A stretch of 64,000 nucleotides of DNA from an uncultured Gemmatimonadales bacterium (lineage in GTDB: Bacteria; Gemmatimonadota; Gemmatimonadetes; Gemmatimonadales; Gemmatimonadaceae). Location: assembly GCA_963793305.1 (NCBI GenBank), contig CAWBZV010000003.1, positions 1,024,001-1,088,000 of the forward strand, written 5' to 3'. Position numbers and translations under genes: made by a program. Shown piece after piece: positions 32,460-43,061 of this stretch. The notes beneath the pieces were generated by a model that was not told the DNA's origin, ran no database searches, and saw nothing but the letters and a program-made list of their open reading frames with translations. Each line of letters opens with the position of its first letter. Positions within the stretch are counted from its first letter, which is position 1.

Positions 32460-34274
32460 TCGGCATTCTGGCGCTCGCTCTCTGCGCCGACTCGGCGATC
32501 AACTATTGCGCCTCGCTGGTGGCGACGCCTGACTTGGACAGCGTGACCGCGACCTTGGAGCTCGTCGCGCCGTCCGGGCCGTTCAATGTGCCGATGACGA
32601 AGGACGGCGTGTTCGATTACCGGCTCGTCATCAACGCCGAAGGCTTGCCGCCGGCTTCGTCGCTCGGGCCTTATACCGTGTACGTCGCCTGGGCTACGTC
32701 GCTCACTATGGACAGCGTCGTCAAGCTCGGCGTCATCACGAACGGGCGCACCTCGCTGGGCGCGCTCGCGCGGAATCAGTTTCGGGTGCTGGTGAGCGCC
32801 GAACGGTCTCCCACCGTCGCGACGCGACACGGGCGACTGGTCCTCCGAGGCGCTTCGCCGAGCGTGCGGCTCTTGGCGCATCGGGATCTGTTTACCGCGA
32901 TGCCAGGCACGATGGATATGACCATGCCGTCTCACGACCCGGCGTTGCCGGAACCCCAGCCGTCGTCGATCCTGTCCTTGCACGATGGGGATACGCTTTC
33001 ACTGGTCGCCGGTCTCGTGCGTGGCGGTTACGGTTACAACGGCCAATATCCCGGTCCGCGCCTGCTCGTCCCGCGAGGTGCGTCTCTCATCGTGCGCTTC
33101 GAGAATCGCATCGACCAACCGACGACGATCCACTGGCACGGGGTGCGCGTCGACAATGCGTACGACGGCACGCAAGACCCGGTGCCCGTCGGTGGCACGT
33201 TCACGTATCGCGTGCATTTTCCCGACGCCGGGGTCTTCTGGTATCACTCGCACGTGAACGAGAGCGAACAAGTCGGCCTGGGTCTGTTTGGCAACATCAT
33301 TGTCACCGACTCGGCGCCACGAGTGAACCAACAAGTCGCGCTCGCGATCCAAGATATCTCGAGAGACCCCTTCGGGGGACATGCCCTCATGGGTCGCTTT
33401 GGCGACTCATTCCCGCATTACTCGCTGTCAGTCCATCGCGGCGCCGTCGTACGGTTTCTCGTCACCAACGCCTCGAACGCGCGGACGTACAATCTGAGTT
33501 TCGGCGAAGCCCCGATAAAGATCGTCGCCTCTGATCTCGGGGCGTTCGAGCACGAGACAATGGTCCCGAGTGTCCTGATTGCGCCTGCCGAGCGCTATAC
33601 AGTAGATGTGCGTTTTACGAAATCCGTTGTGCTGACCAATCGCGTGCAGGCGTTGAATCACTGGCTCGGTGTGTTTGCGCCGGAAGTCGATACGCTTGGC
33701 GCGATTCGCGTCGATTCCGCGCCAGCCGTTCCTGATTACGCGAGCAATTTTGGGCGATTGGCGCATCGGGCCGAGTTGGCCGCCTATCGTCAGTATCTCG
33801 ACCGCCCGGTCGACCACCGGCTGAACCTGGAGATGCGCCTGGCGACTATCTCGAATATGCTCACCGGCGCGTCAGTACCGGTCGAGGTCAACGATGGCAT
33901 GCCGGCGATGAACCGGAATGTTAACGCCACGCAATGTGGCGTGGATCCTCCGCGACCCGGACACGGGCGCCGAGAACATGGATATTCAGTGGCGGTTCAA
34001 GGCCGGCACCGTCGCGAAGGTTCGCATATACAACGACGCGATCGGCCCGCATCCGATGGCGCACCCGATCCACGTGCACGGCCAGCGTATGCTTCTCCTC
34101 AGCCGCAACGGCGTGCTGAATGAGAACCTGGTCTGGAAGGACACGATACTGATCCCGGCGGGCGAGGCGGACAATGTGTTGATCGAATTGTCGAACCCGG
34201 GTCGTTGGATGCTGCACTGTCACATCGCCGAGCATCGCGCGGCGGGAATGATGATGATGTTCACGGTCGACTAA
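32456..34274 (+). CDS. Multicopper oxidase with extra N-terminal domain (one +1 frameshift at 33917-33918, probably artefact)
   Basis: IHWHG and WYHSH in the first frame; HPIHVHG and HCHIAEH..GMM in the second; deleting one A gives 605 aa. Confidence 0.9.
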
Positions 34275-34285
34275 AGGAGTCGCTC

Positions 34286-35638
34286 ATGCTGCCAGTTCTC
34301 GTCGCGTTACTCCAATTCGTCAGCATCGACACGGCAACCGTCGCGCTGACCCACGCACGGGTCATCGACGGCACCGGCGCGTCGCCCCGGTCGGACGTCA
34401 CCATTGTGTTCGATCACGGCAAGATCAAAACGGTGGACCACGCCGCCGCCATCCCCGCCGGCGCGCTCGTGATCGATCTCACGGGCAAGACAGTGATCCC
34501 GGGTATCGTGGGCCTGCACGATCATATGTACTACGGCTCGTCGGTCACCGGCTCGCGGAGCATGTTGTCGAGCTACCCGAAGCTGTTCCTGGCGAGCGGC
34601 GTGACGACGATCCGCACCACCGGGAGCATCGATCCGTACCAAGAGCTCAACCTGAGGCACGCGATCGAGACCGGAAAGACCGTGGGCCCTCTGATCTTCC
34701 CAACCGGCCCCTATCTCCAGGGTCCCGGGGTCGGGCCGACCTGGATGCATCAACTCGGCACGCCCGAGGATGCACGCCGGCTCGTGCGCTACTGGTCAGA
34801 GGAAGGCGTCCCGTGGTTCAAGGCCTACACGCAGATCTCGCGCGATGAGCTCGGCGCGGCGATCGACGAGGCGCACAAGCACGGAATGAAGGTGACCGCG
34901 CACCTCTGCTCGGTCGGCTTTCGCGAGGCGGTCGACCTCGGCATCGATAACCTCGAACACGGTCTCCTCACCGACACCGAGTTCTGGCCAGGCAAGCAAC
35001 CCAACGTCTGCCCAATGCCGGGCGACTCCGCGCAATACGACAATCTCGACATCGACGGCGCCGACGTACAGCGGACGATCCACGCGATGGTCCAACATCA
35101 CGTCGCCATGACCTCGACGCTCGCCGTCTTCGAGCTCTCCTCGCCCAGCCGGATCCCACTAGACCCGCGAGTCTACGACGCCCTCGCGCCCCAAATCGGC
35201 GCCGCCGTTCGCACATGGTACGACAGCAGTCAGAAGAAGTCCGACACCGCCGAGCGGGTCGCCCTCAAGAAAGCGATGGCCTTCGAGCGCTCCTTCGTCC
35301 GTGCCGGCGGCCTCCTCGGCGCCGGCTCCGACCCCTGCTGCCTCACCGAGATCGCGGGCTACGGCGATCAGCGTAACTTCGAGCTTCTATCCGAGGCCGG
35401 CTTCTCACCCGAGCAAGCCGTCCAGATCATGACGCTGAACGGCGCCCGCATTCTCGGCATCTCCGATCGCGTTGGCTCAATCGTTCCGGGAAAGCAAGCC
35501 GACCTCGTCGTGCTCGACGGTGACCCCTCGGCTCGCCCATCTGATATTCGTAATGTCACGATGGTCTTCCGGAACGGCGTCGGGTACAACGTTCCAGCCC
35601 TCACCGCCGCCGTGCACGGAATGGTCGGGCTGCGCTGA
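34286..35638 (+). CDS. Exported amidohydrolase family protein
   Basis: AAGGAG RBS; PGIVGLHDH, FKAY, AHLC, NLEHG, GSD. Confidence 0.92.
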   Translation: MLPVLVALLQFVSIDTATVALTHARVIDGTGASPRSDVTIVFDHGKIKTVDHAAAIPAGALVIDLTGKTVIPGIVGLHDHMYYGSSVTGSRSMLSSYPKLFLASGVTTIRTTGSIDPYQELNLRHAIETGKTVGPLIFPTGPYLQGPGVGPTWMHQLGTPEDARRLVRYWSEEGVPWFKAYTQISRDELGAAIDEAHKHGMKVTAHLCSVGFREAVDLGIDNLEHGLLTDTEFWPGKQPNVCPMPGDSAQYDNLDIDGADVQRTIHAMVQHHVAMTSTLAVFELSSPSRIPLDPRVYDALAPQIGAAVRTWYDSSQKKSDTAERVALKKAMAFERSFVRAGGLLGAGSDPCCLTEIAGYGDQRNFELLSEAGFSPEQAVQIMTLNGARILGISDRVGSIVPGKQADLVVLDGDPSARPSDIRNVTMVFRNGVGYNVPALTAAVHGMVGLR

Positions 35639-35640
35639 GA

Positions 35641-37882
35641 CTACTGCGTTCCCCAGAGCACAACGCCGACGTCGCCGCCGGCGTAGACGTTCGTGCTCGA
35701 CGTGCCGAACACGGTGCGAAGTGGCGTCGTGACCGTCGTCGGCATCGCGAGGATGACCGAGCCGTTTCCGTGTTGCACCGTGCCATTGTCGCCCACGGCA
35801 TAGACGTCGGCCGTGTACGAACCCGGCGGCGTATCGGCCCACACGCCGTGCAGCGCGACGCTGGTGCCGCTTGTGGCCGCGGACCACGACGAGCCGTTGT
35901 AGTGCAGCATCGTGCCCGAGGCGCCGGCGACCCAGACATCGGTGGCCGAGCTGCCGCTGACCGCGTTCATCGTCTGCGTCGTGCCGGTAACAATTGGGCT
36001 CCACGACGTCCCGTTGTACTGAAACACCCGACCGCTGTCAGCCGCTGCATAGATGTTCGTGGCCGAAGTGCCCCAGAGGGCGAACACGCTGACCGTTGTC
36101 AGAGCAGACTGGTTGTTCCAACTCGAGCCATTGTATTGGGTGATGTCGCCCGACGTGCCGACCGCGTAAACGTTGCTGGGCGCCGAGCCCCAGGTGGCGT
36201 AGTAGCCCGGTTGCGCCGTGCTCGTCGCCGTCCACGAGCCGCCGCTGTAGATCGACATGGTCCCCGATCCGCCAGCGGCATAGAGCGTGGGCCCGCTCGC
36301 GAAACCCCACAGGCCATATGTCATCTCTTTGGCACCGACATAGGTGCTCGTCCAACTCGTGCCGTCGTAGTGCAGCACCGTCCCGTAGCTCGCGACCCAG
36401 ACGTTGGTCGGGCTGTCGGCCCAGATGGTGTTGACTGGGACGCCGCTCTGGCTTGATAGAGTCCAGCCGCTGGAATACGTCATCAACGCACCGTACGCGC
36501 CGACCGCGTAGCCGCTCACGACGCCCGACAGGGAAATGCCAGTCACACTCGCGGAAGAAGTCCACGAGGTCCCGTTGTAGTGCACGGTTGTGCCAGCATC
36601 GCCGACGGCCCAGATGTCGGTTGCGCCGCTCCCGCCGACTGCGTTCAGGTTATTTGTCGTGGAACTCGTCATCGTCGACCACGCCGTACCGTTGTAGTGG
36701 ATGATGACGCCATTCGCGCCGACGGCGTACACGTTGGTCGCCAATGTCCCCCACACGGCGAGCAAGTTTTGGGTCGTGTTGCTCGTCTGCGCGGCCCACA
36801 CGAGCCCATTGTAGAAGATGACCGTCCCATTGTCGCCGACGGCGAAGATGTGCGTCCCGTCGTTGCCCCAGATGCCGCGCAGGTCAGTCGCCGTTGCGAC
36901 GCCCAGGGGCGGGACCATCGGCGTCCACAGGAGGCCATTGTATTGGTCGATGGTGAGGCTATCGCCGACGGTGATGTAGTTCGTCGTGCTGGCGCCCCAG
37001 ACGCCATGGAGGTTGCGCGTCGTGAGGAGCGAAGTGGATGACGTCCACGTCGTGCCGTTGTAGTGAACCATGTGGCCGCCGTTCGCGACCGCCCAATAGT
37101 CGGTTGACGACGCGCCGAAGATCGCTTGAAAATCGAACGAGCCGGTGTAGCCGGTCGGCGTCACGATCGCCCAACCCGAGCCGGTGTTGCGCAAGAACGT
37201 GTTGCCGACGCCAACGGCCCAGATGTCGCTTGGCGTGTCCTGCCACATGCCGGTCAGCGCATTGCTCTGCAATCCCTGTCGAATCGTCGTCCAATGCCGA
37301 ATACTCCCCTCGGCCGGCATCGGCGCATCGACTTCGACGACAAACGCGAACGCCGTAACCGAATCCCCGAGCTGGAAATTCCACGTCCTCGCACTACTCG
37401 TCGCACTCGGCTGAATCAGCGTCGCGTACTGGAAGTACGGCTGGCTGGACGCCGTGAACGTGCCGACGCCGTCGGCGTTGGTCAGCGCAATCGTGCCTTG
37501 GCCAGCGGCGAGCGACGGCCCCGAGGTGAAGAACACCCGCGTGCCGTTCGCGCTCGAACGTTGTCCCGTCGGTGGTGCCGAGCGCCTGGTTCATCAAGTT
37601 GGTCACGCTGACGCCGGCGGAGAACACACCAGTGCCGCTGGTAAACGTGACCCCGGAGAAGTTGAGCGTCACGTCGTAGTTCTTGCGGCCCACGATCACG
37701 TCGGCGCGCAGGTTCCGTCGCGTGATGGAGGCGCGTGAGCACGTCACGCTGGGGCGATTTCGCACCATCGCGACGCAACGCAGAACCGCCGTGGGAGCGC
37801 GCTCAGGTGAACGAGGGATTGGCGCGCTGGGGCCGGTTGCGCTACACGCGACGAGGAACGGCACCGCAACTGCAATTCTCAT
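35641..37882 (-). CDS. Lipoprotein with 14 approx. 38-aa beta-propeller repeats (one +1 frameshift at 37557-37558, probably artefact)
   Basis: Lipobox LVAC; repeat consensus LxxVWGxxxxDVWAVGxxGTxxHYNGxxW; deleting one base joins ..TTDGTT-SSANGTRVFF.., 746 aa. Confidence 0.85.
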
Positions 37883-37995
37883 GTTTACCGCGTGACGACC
37901 CAGCCGTTTCCGATGTCACTGGCGTGTCGAATTAGCCGCGTCCCATTCGACGTATAAGCATGAGAGAGATGATTCTAGTACCCGCCGATACGACG

Positions 37996-38727
37996 CTAAT
38001 CACCCTGGGCAGGCTGCTCGATGGGATGACGCGGCGCTATCAGACCGTCGAGGCCGAGGACGCGCCCGGCGCCCGTGATCGTGAGGATCGTCAGACCGAA
38101 GGCGAACGCCAAGTCGTTGCTGACTGACCAGGGAGCGTCACCCTTGAGCAGGAAATAGTTCAGCGTGAGGAGCACGCCGACCGGTGCGGCATACCTCACA
38201 CCGAGCCCGAGAAGAAGGCACGTTCCCACGGCCACTTCGGCGACCGCGACAAGTCCCGCGAACAGTTGCGCGTGCGGGAAGACAACCGAGGTCATGAAGG
38301 CCCGATACCACGCCGACTCATGCGGCAGTTGCATCGTGCCGAACGATTGCAGGGCGTCGGGCCACGCCGCCCACCGCGCGCCGATCTTGTTCCACGCGGC
38401 GCGCCAGAAAGCGAAGCCGTAGTAGAGGCGAAGCGGCACCACCGTCCACAGCGGCGTCGTCCCTTTGAAGTCCCAGTCCCAGACGCGGTTGGTCGACGTC
38501 AGCGCGACGGTGAGCGCCAGGAATCCGTACGCCGCGGGCGGACTCGGCGCCAGCACCCACAGGTGCAGCGACACGGTGTCCGCGATGAGCAACGCGAACG
38601 CGAGCGCGGCGACCACGCGCGGGATAAGGCCGGCGACCAAGGCGCAGCCAAGGACGATCGCAGGGATCGGAGGCCATGCGTGAGTGATGCCGGCGATGAT
38701 GCCAATGACGCCGACATATTCTCGCAT
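37996..38727 (-). CDS. DoxX/DoxD family membrane protein
   Basis: PLRLYYG..F..AAWNK, AEVAVG.CLLLG, GAGR.LGLDG. Confidence 0.8.
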   Translation of the reverse strand: MREYVGVIGIIAGITHAWPPIPAIVLGCALVAGLIPRVVAALAFALLIADTVSLHLWVLAPSPPAAYGFLALTVALTSTNRVWDWDFKGTTPLWTVVPLRLYYGFAFWRAAWNKIGARWAAWPDALQSFGTMQLPHESAWYRAFMTSVVFPHAQLFAGLVAVAEVAVGTCLLLGLGVRYAAPVGVLLTLNYFLLKGDAPWSVSNDLAFAFGLTILTITGAGRVLGLDGLIAPRHPIEQPAQGD

Positions 38728-38818
38728 GACAACGAACGGTCGGCGCCCGGTAGTGATCACGGGCGACTAGTCTAGCCAGGCGCGTTGACGACCTCAACGC
38801 GCCTGGGACCGTCCGGCT

Positions 38819-39667
38819 CTACCGTGCGCCAACCCGGATTTCGAGCGAGTCCATAGTTGCCGCGTCGAGCTCGAGCCGCTCGCCGGCAACGTTCTCCTCC
38901 AGATGCTTGACCGTCGACGTGCCCGGAATCGGCAGCATGACAGGCGACTTCTGGAGCAGCCACGCGATCGCGACTTGCGCCGGCGTTGCTTTCAACCGCT
39001 CAGCCGCCTTCGCGAGCGGACCACCGGGCTTAGCCAGGCTGCCAGTCGCGAGCGGGAACCACGGGATAAATGCCAGGTTCTCGTCCGTGCAGTACTCGAG
39101 CACGGACTCGGAACTGCGGTCGATGAGGTTGTAGCGATTCTGCACCGAGACGATCGTCGTGATCTTCCGAACCGCTTCAATCTGCTCGACGCTTACTTCA
39201 GAGAGTCCGATATGCTTGATCTTCCCTTCGTGCTGCAGATCGACCAGTGTCTCGATCTGATCCTCCAGCGGGACCTTCGGATCGATACGGTGCAACTGCA
39301 AGAGATCGATCCGCTCGAGTCGCAACCGTGTGAGACTGCCCGCGACGGCTTCGCGCAGGTGCTGTGGCCGGCCGTCCTCGACCCACCGGTCCGGACCAGG
39401 CCGCTGGAACCCGGCCTTGGTCGCGATCACCAGGCCCTTCGGATAGGGATACAACGCCTCCGCGATGAGCCGCTCGGCCACCTCGGGGCCGTAGGAGTCC
39501 GCGGTGTCGAGCAAGTTGATGCCGAGCTCGAGGGCGCGATGCAGGACCGCAAGCGCCTCCGCACGGTTGGCCGGCTCGCCCCAGATGCCCGCACCGGTGA
39601 GACGCATTGTCCCAAAGCCCAGGCGGTTTACCGTGAGATCGCCGCCGATAACGAACGTGGATGACAT
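38819..39667 (-). CDS. Aldo/keto reductase
   Basis: RLGFGTMRL, DTADSYG, IATKAG, LLQLHRID, LPIPGT. Confidence 0.95.
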   Translation of the reverse strand: MSSTFVIGGDLTVNRLGFGTMRLTGAGIWGEPANRAEALAVLHRALELGINLLDTADSYGPEVAERLIAEALYPYPKGLVIATKAGFQRPGPDRWVEDGRPQHLREAVAGSLTRLRLERIDLLQLHRIDPKVPLEDQIETLVDLQHEGKIKHIGLSEVSVEQIEAVRKITTIVSVQNRYNLIDRSSESVLEYCTDENLAFIPWFPLATGSLAKPGGPLAKAAERLKATPAQVAIAWLLQKSPVMLPIPGTSTVKHLEENVAGERLELDAATMDSLEIRVGAR

Positions 39668-39760
39668 GATCGATTCCCGCCTATGATTTCACGCTTGAGA
39701 TGTGTGGAATTCGAGCTTGCGAGTCCGGTGAGCGGTAGCCAAGTTCCCGATGTGATGATT

Positions 39761-41034
39761 ATGCAAACGTCTGATGTCGGATCTACGGCTCAGCCGCCCT
39801 TGGCTCATCTGGCATTCTTTGAAGCAGCTGGCGAGCAGACAGACGGTCAGCCCGAGTATCGAGCCGCGGTTGCTGGTCTTCTCGCAATGCGGCTCGTCGA
39901 TCGATGGGTCCTCGCGGGGGCGGGCGACAGGCCGCCGACGTTGCGCGAGCTCGAGGCCGTGCGCCGCGCCATCGAGCACGTCGACGATGGTCCAGTTCGC
40001 GAGATCCTGAGAAACCTGGACGCCGCGCTGACGACATCGTGGGGAAAGCTCGCACGTCACGTGCCAGTTGTGCTGGCCGCGTACGGCGGCATTCTCAAGA
40101 AAGAAGGAATGTTCGCGTGCGCGGCCGACGTTTATAGCGCGGTCGCGGCCGTCGCGCCGCTCTGCGATGGCAAGGAGCTGGTGCCGCCGGCGTATCTCGA
40201 AATGGGGTACTGCTTTCGAATGGTCGGCGGTCGATTGGCCGAGGCCGAGCGCGCGTATCGGCGAGCCGGCGCGATCGCGAATTTGCAAGGCGATGAGTAC
40301 AACGCGTTGCTCAGCCGCATCGGCACCGCGAACGTCCAGATCGACCGCGGCAATTTGCCGGCCGCGCAAGAGACGTACGAATGTCTTGATCAGTGAGCTG
40401 GCCACTCGCTCTCCGATCCAAGGATCATTGCGGGACGTTCTCGCGCGCGCTCGACACGGCCGAGGGGTCGTCGCCTATCAACGCAAAGATTACCAGACAG
40501 CCGCCGCGTACTTTCACGAGGCGGTCAAAGATTACAGCGATGATGCGCGTCGGAGCGCCGCCCTCCACGACCTCGGGATGGCCCTGGCCGACCTGGGCCT
40601 GCCGAACGCCGCGCGCGATGCGTATCTGGTCGTCTATCGCACCTCACCGGATGCGTATTGGAAAGCGGCCGCCGGGCTCAATCTCATGCAGCTGGCGTTC
40701 ATGTGCGACCAAGAAACCGTTTTCGAACGGTATCGTCAGGAACTGGCGACCGGGCTTCCGGCGCCGAAGAGAAGCCGTGTATCACCAGTTCGTCGGCGAA
40801 GGGTTGTACCGATTTGGACGTGATGACGCGGCCCGCGAGGCACTCACGCGGGCCGTCGACATTGCCACTCGCTACCAGTTGAATCAGGTCCGACTGGAGT
40901 CCGAGGCACTCCTCACCGAGATCGTTCTTGGAAAACGGCCCAAGGCGACACTCGTCGAGGTGCAGCCACCGCCGCTCGTACGGCCTGTGGTCCGAGCACT
41001 CCATGACATGCGAGAGCGCGTCGGTGTGCTGTAG
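39761..41034 (+). CDS. All-helical TPR-like protein (two +1 frameshifts at about 40380 and 40767-40773, probably artefacts)
   Basis: Three consecutive ORF fragments with TPR-like helices (AYLEMGYCFR..AEAERAYRRA; ARHGRGVVAY..AAAYFHEA; ALHDLGMAL; FVGEGLYRFG..AREALTRA); joined length 423 aa. Confidence 0.75.
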
Positions 41035-41040
41035 GTCCGA

Positions 41041-41175
41041 GCAGGTCCCGTTACCGGCCGTCGTGCCGCTGCAATCTGAACGCACCGTGCTTTGAGACGG
41101 AGAGGTCGGCGAAGTGCATGCGGCCGCGATCGCCGCGGCGGTCACGAGAGCGATGAGGGAGCGAAGACGGGGCAT
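41041..41175 (-). CDS. Small exported (lipo)peptide precursor; core 45 codons, ORF reads on antisense to 40699
   Basis: GGAGG RBS 6 nt before ATG; MPRLRSLIALVTAAAIAAAC-TSPTSPSQSTVRSD-CSGTTAGNGTC. Confidence 0.6.
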
Positions 41176-41307
41176 TTTGAACCTCCGAGATAGGTCAACC
41201 AGGGTGTGGCGCACCAACGAGCGACGCCGTACCCTCGAAGCTCGGAGTTGAAGCCCCCGTCACGTACCGTGATTTTGTGCGGCGAACCCCCGCACGAGTG
41301 CAAGCCT

Positions 41308-42090
41308 GTGGACATCGTCGCGCTCTTGCCTGACCGCTTGATGCACCCGTTTCGCGCCGTGGTTCGCACGGCGCACACCGTTCGCGCCGTGCGCAACCTG
41401 CGCGAGCTCGAGACGGTGTTGTCCGAGCGCGCCCCCGATATCGTGGTCGTCGATCCACAACTCGCCGGCCCCGAGCTCGATCGCTTCCGCGCCACGACCC
41501 ACATCGTGCTCTACACGACCGTGTCCGCCGACGCGCTCAAGGCGTGTCACGCCATGGGCACACGCGGCTATCGCCACGTCGTGCTGTTCGGGGTCGACGA
41601 CGGACCCGTGGCCTTCCGCGCGCTCCTGGAAGCGTTACCAGCCGACGCGCTGGCCGACGCGCTGCTTGCCCTCTTGCGCGACCGCCTCCAACGCCTGCCG
41701 GAATCGCTGGCCGAAGCGCTGGAAGCGGTGTTCCGCACGCCGTCGGTGATCGACTGCGTGGAGCGACTGGCATCAAAGGCCTCGATGCCCCGACGAACGA
41801 TGTACGACGCCCTCGAACGCGCCGGGCTCGCGACACCCGCCCACCATCTCGGGGCCGCTCGCGTGCTGCGGGCATACCACTACTTGCGGGCCCCAGGCGC
41901 GCGCGTGCGCGATGTCGCCGTGAAGCTCCGCTATCCCTCGCCCGATGCGCTCGCGTCGAGCATCCGGTCCGTCACGGGGTTCCTGCCGTCATCGCTCGCC
42001 GACAAGCTCGAATGCGACGACTTCGTCGGACGGATCGCGACCTATCTCCAACCGTCCGCGGCCAACGTCGTCATGACGCCCGCTGACTGA
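41308..42090 (+). CDS. AraC-type HTH regulator with receiver-like N-terminal domain
   Basis: PDIVVVDP and IVLYT (REC-like); VERLASKASMPRRTM and VRDVAVKLRYPSPDAL..SIRSVTG (double HTH); start approximate. Confidence 0.8.
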   Translation: MDIVALLPDRLMHPFRAVVRTAHTVRAVRNLRELETVLSERAPDIVVVDPQLAGPELDRFRATTHIVLYTTVSADALKACHAMGTRGYRHVVLFGVDDGPVAFRALLEALPADALADALLALLRDRLQRLPESLAEALEAVFRTPSVIDCVERLASKASMPRRTMYDALERAGLATPAHHLGAARVLRAYHYLRAPGARVRDVAVKLRYPSPDALASSIRSVTGFLPSSLADKLECDDFVGRIATYLQPSAANVVMTPAD

Positions 42091-43057
42091 GCGCGGCGCG
42101 CCACTCGCTCAACGCCTGGTAGTCCGCGATCGCGCCCGCGCGCTTGTACAGGTCGAGCGCCGTGTTGGCATGACGGCGGGCGCCGCCGATCGAGCCGCGC
42201 GCGACCGCGAGTTGGGCATACGCGCGCAACGCATCCGCCGACAACCTCGGGCTCGCGCATCGCTCGGCCAGCTGCCACGCGTGCGTCAGCGACACCGCCG
42301 CGTCATCCAACTCGCCTCGCGCGATGCACGCCAGGCCGACGACCCGGAGACCGTCCGCGGCGCCCGCGGGGTCGGCGAGCGCATGGCACTCGATCGCCAC
42401 GCGCAGCGCCGTCACGTAGGCGATCTCGGCGTCGCCCCGTCTCAGCGCGACATCGGCGCGACCGATCCGGGCGAGCGCCGCGAGGCGAACGGCGGAGACC
42501 TCGCGCGCGAACTGGATCGCCTGCAGCTCGCATTCGTCCGCCTGCGTCAGCCGGTCGAGATACAGATAGCTGATCGCCATGTTGTGGTGCGCTTCACCTA
42601 GCCCGAGCACGTGGCCCACCTGCTGATATGCGGGCACGGCGAGCTGGTAGAGCGCGAGCGCCTCCTCGCGTTGACCACGCACGTTCTTGATCTGTCCGAG
42701 GTTGTTCGTCGCGCGCCCCACGAGCAGCAGATCGTTGACCGCATGTCCCACCTGGAGCACCTGCTGAAACACCGTCTCCGCTTGGTCGAGCTCCCCCATT
42801 TCGAAGAGCGCGACGCCGCGCATGTTGATGCCGCGCCGCCACTCATAGGGATCATCGTGCTCTATCTGCGGTAGCAACCGTCGGAGCCACTCGTCGGCAT
42901 CGCGCGGCTGCGCCGTGCGGAGCAGCGCCTCCGCGACGAGCGTGGCCCGATCCGGATCAGGTCGCGGCTCGGTGGCGGTCCCGAGCATGTTCAAGACCTC
43001 GGGCCACTTGCCAGCCAGGGCCGCCACGCGCGCCTGAAGCAACAGAGATTGTGCCAC
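42071..43057 (-). CDS. Tetratricopeptide repeat protein
   Basis: Repeated helical units (GINMRGVALFEMGELDQA, ATNNLGQIKNVRG..EEAL, AHHNMAISY). Confidence 0.85.
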   Translation of the reverse strand: MAQSLLLQARVAALAGKWPEVLNMLGTATEPRPDPDRATLVAEALLRTAQPRDADEWLRRLLPQIEHDDPYEWRRGINMRGVALFEMGELDQAETVFQQVLQVGHAVNDLLLVGRATNNLGQIKNVRGQREEALALYQLAVPAYQQVGHVLGLGEAHHNMAISYLYLDRLTQADECELQAIQFAREVSAVRLAALARIGRADVALRRGDAEIAYVTALRVAIECHALADPAGAADGLRVVGLACIARGELDDAAVSLTHAWQLAERCASPRLSADALRAYAQLAVARGSIGGARRHANTALDLYKRAGAIADYQALSEWRAALSQRAS

Positions 43058-43061
43058 GCGG

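Noticed and set aside
35641..37300. DNA repeat array or CRISPR (recurring GTTGTAGTG-like units)
   Set aside because: Degenerate, in-frame protein repeats; no constant repeat with unique spacers and no cas genes
37883..37995. Riboswitch in the leader of the propeller lipoprotein (two hairpins, TGGGACGC resembling c-di-GMP-I)
   Set aside because: Lacks the GCAAAC/GNRA/GCAAAGC core; an Infernal/Rfam scan would be needed and I cannot support it by eye
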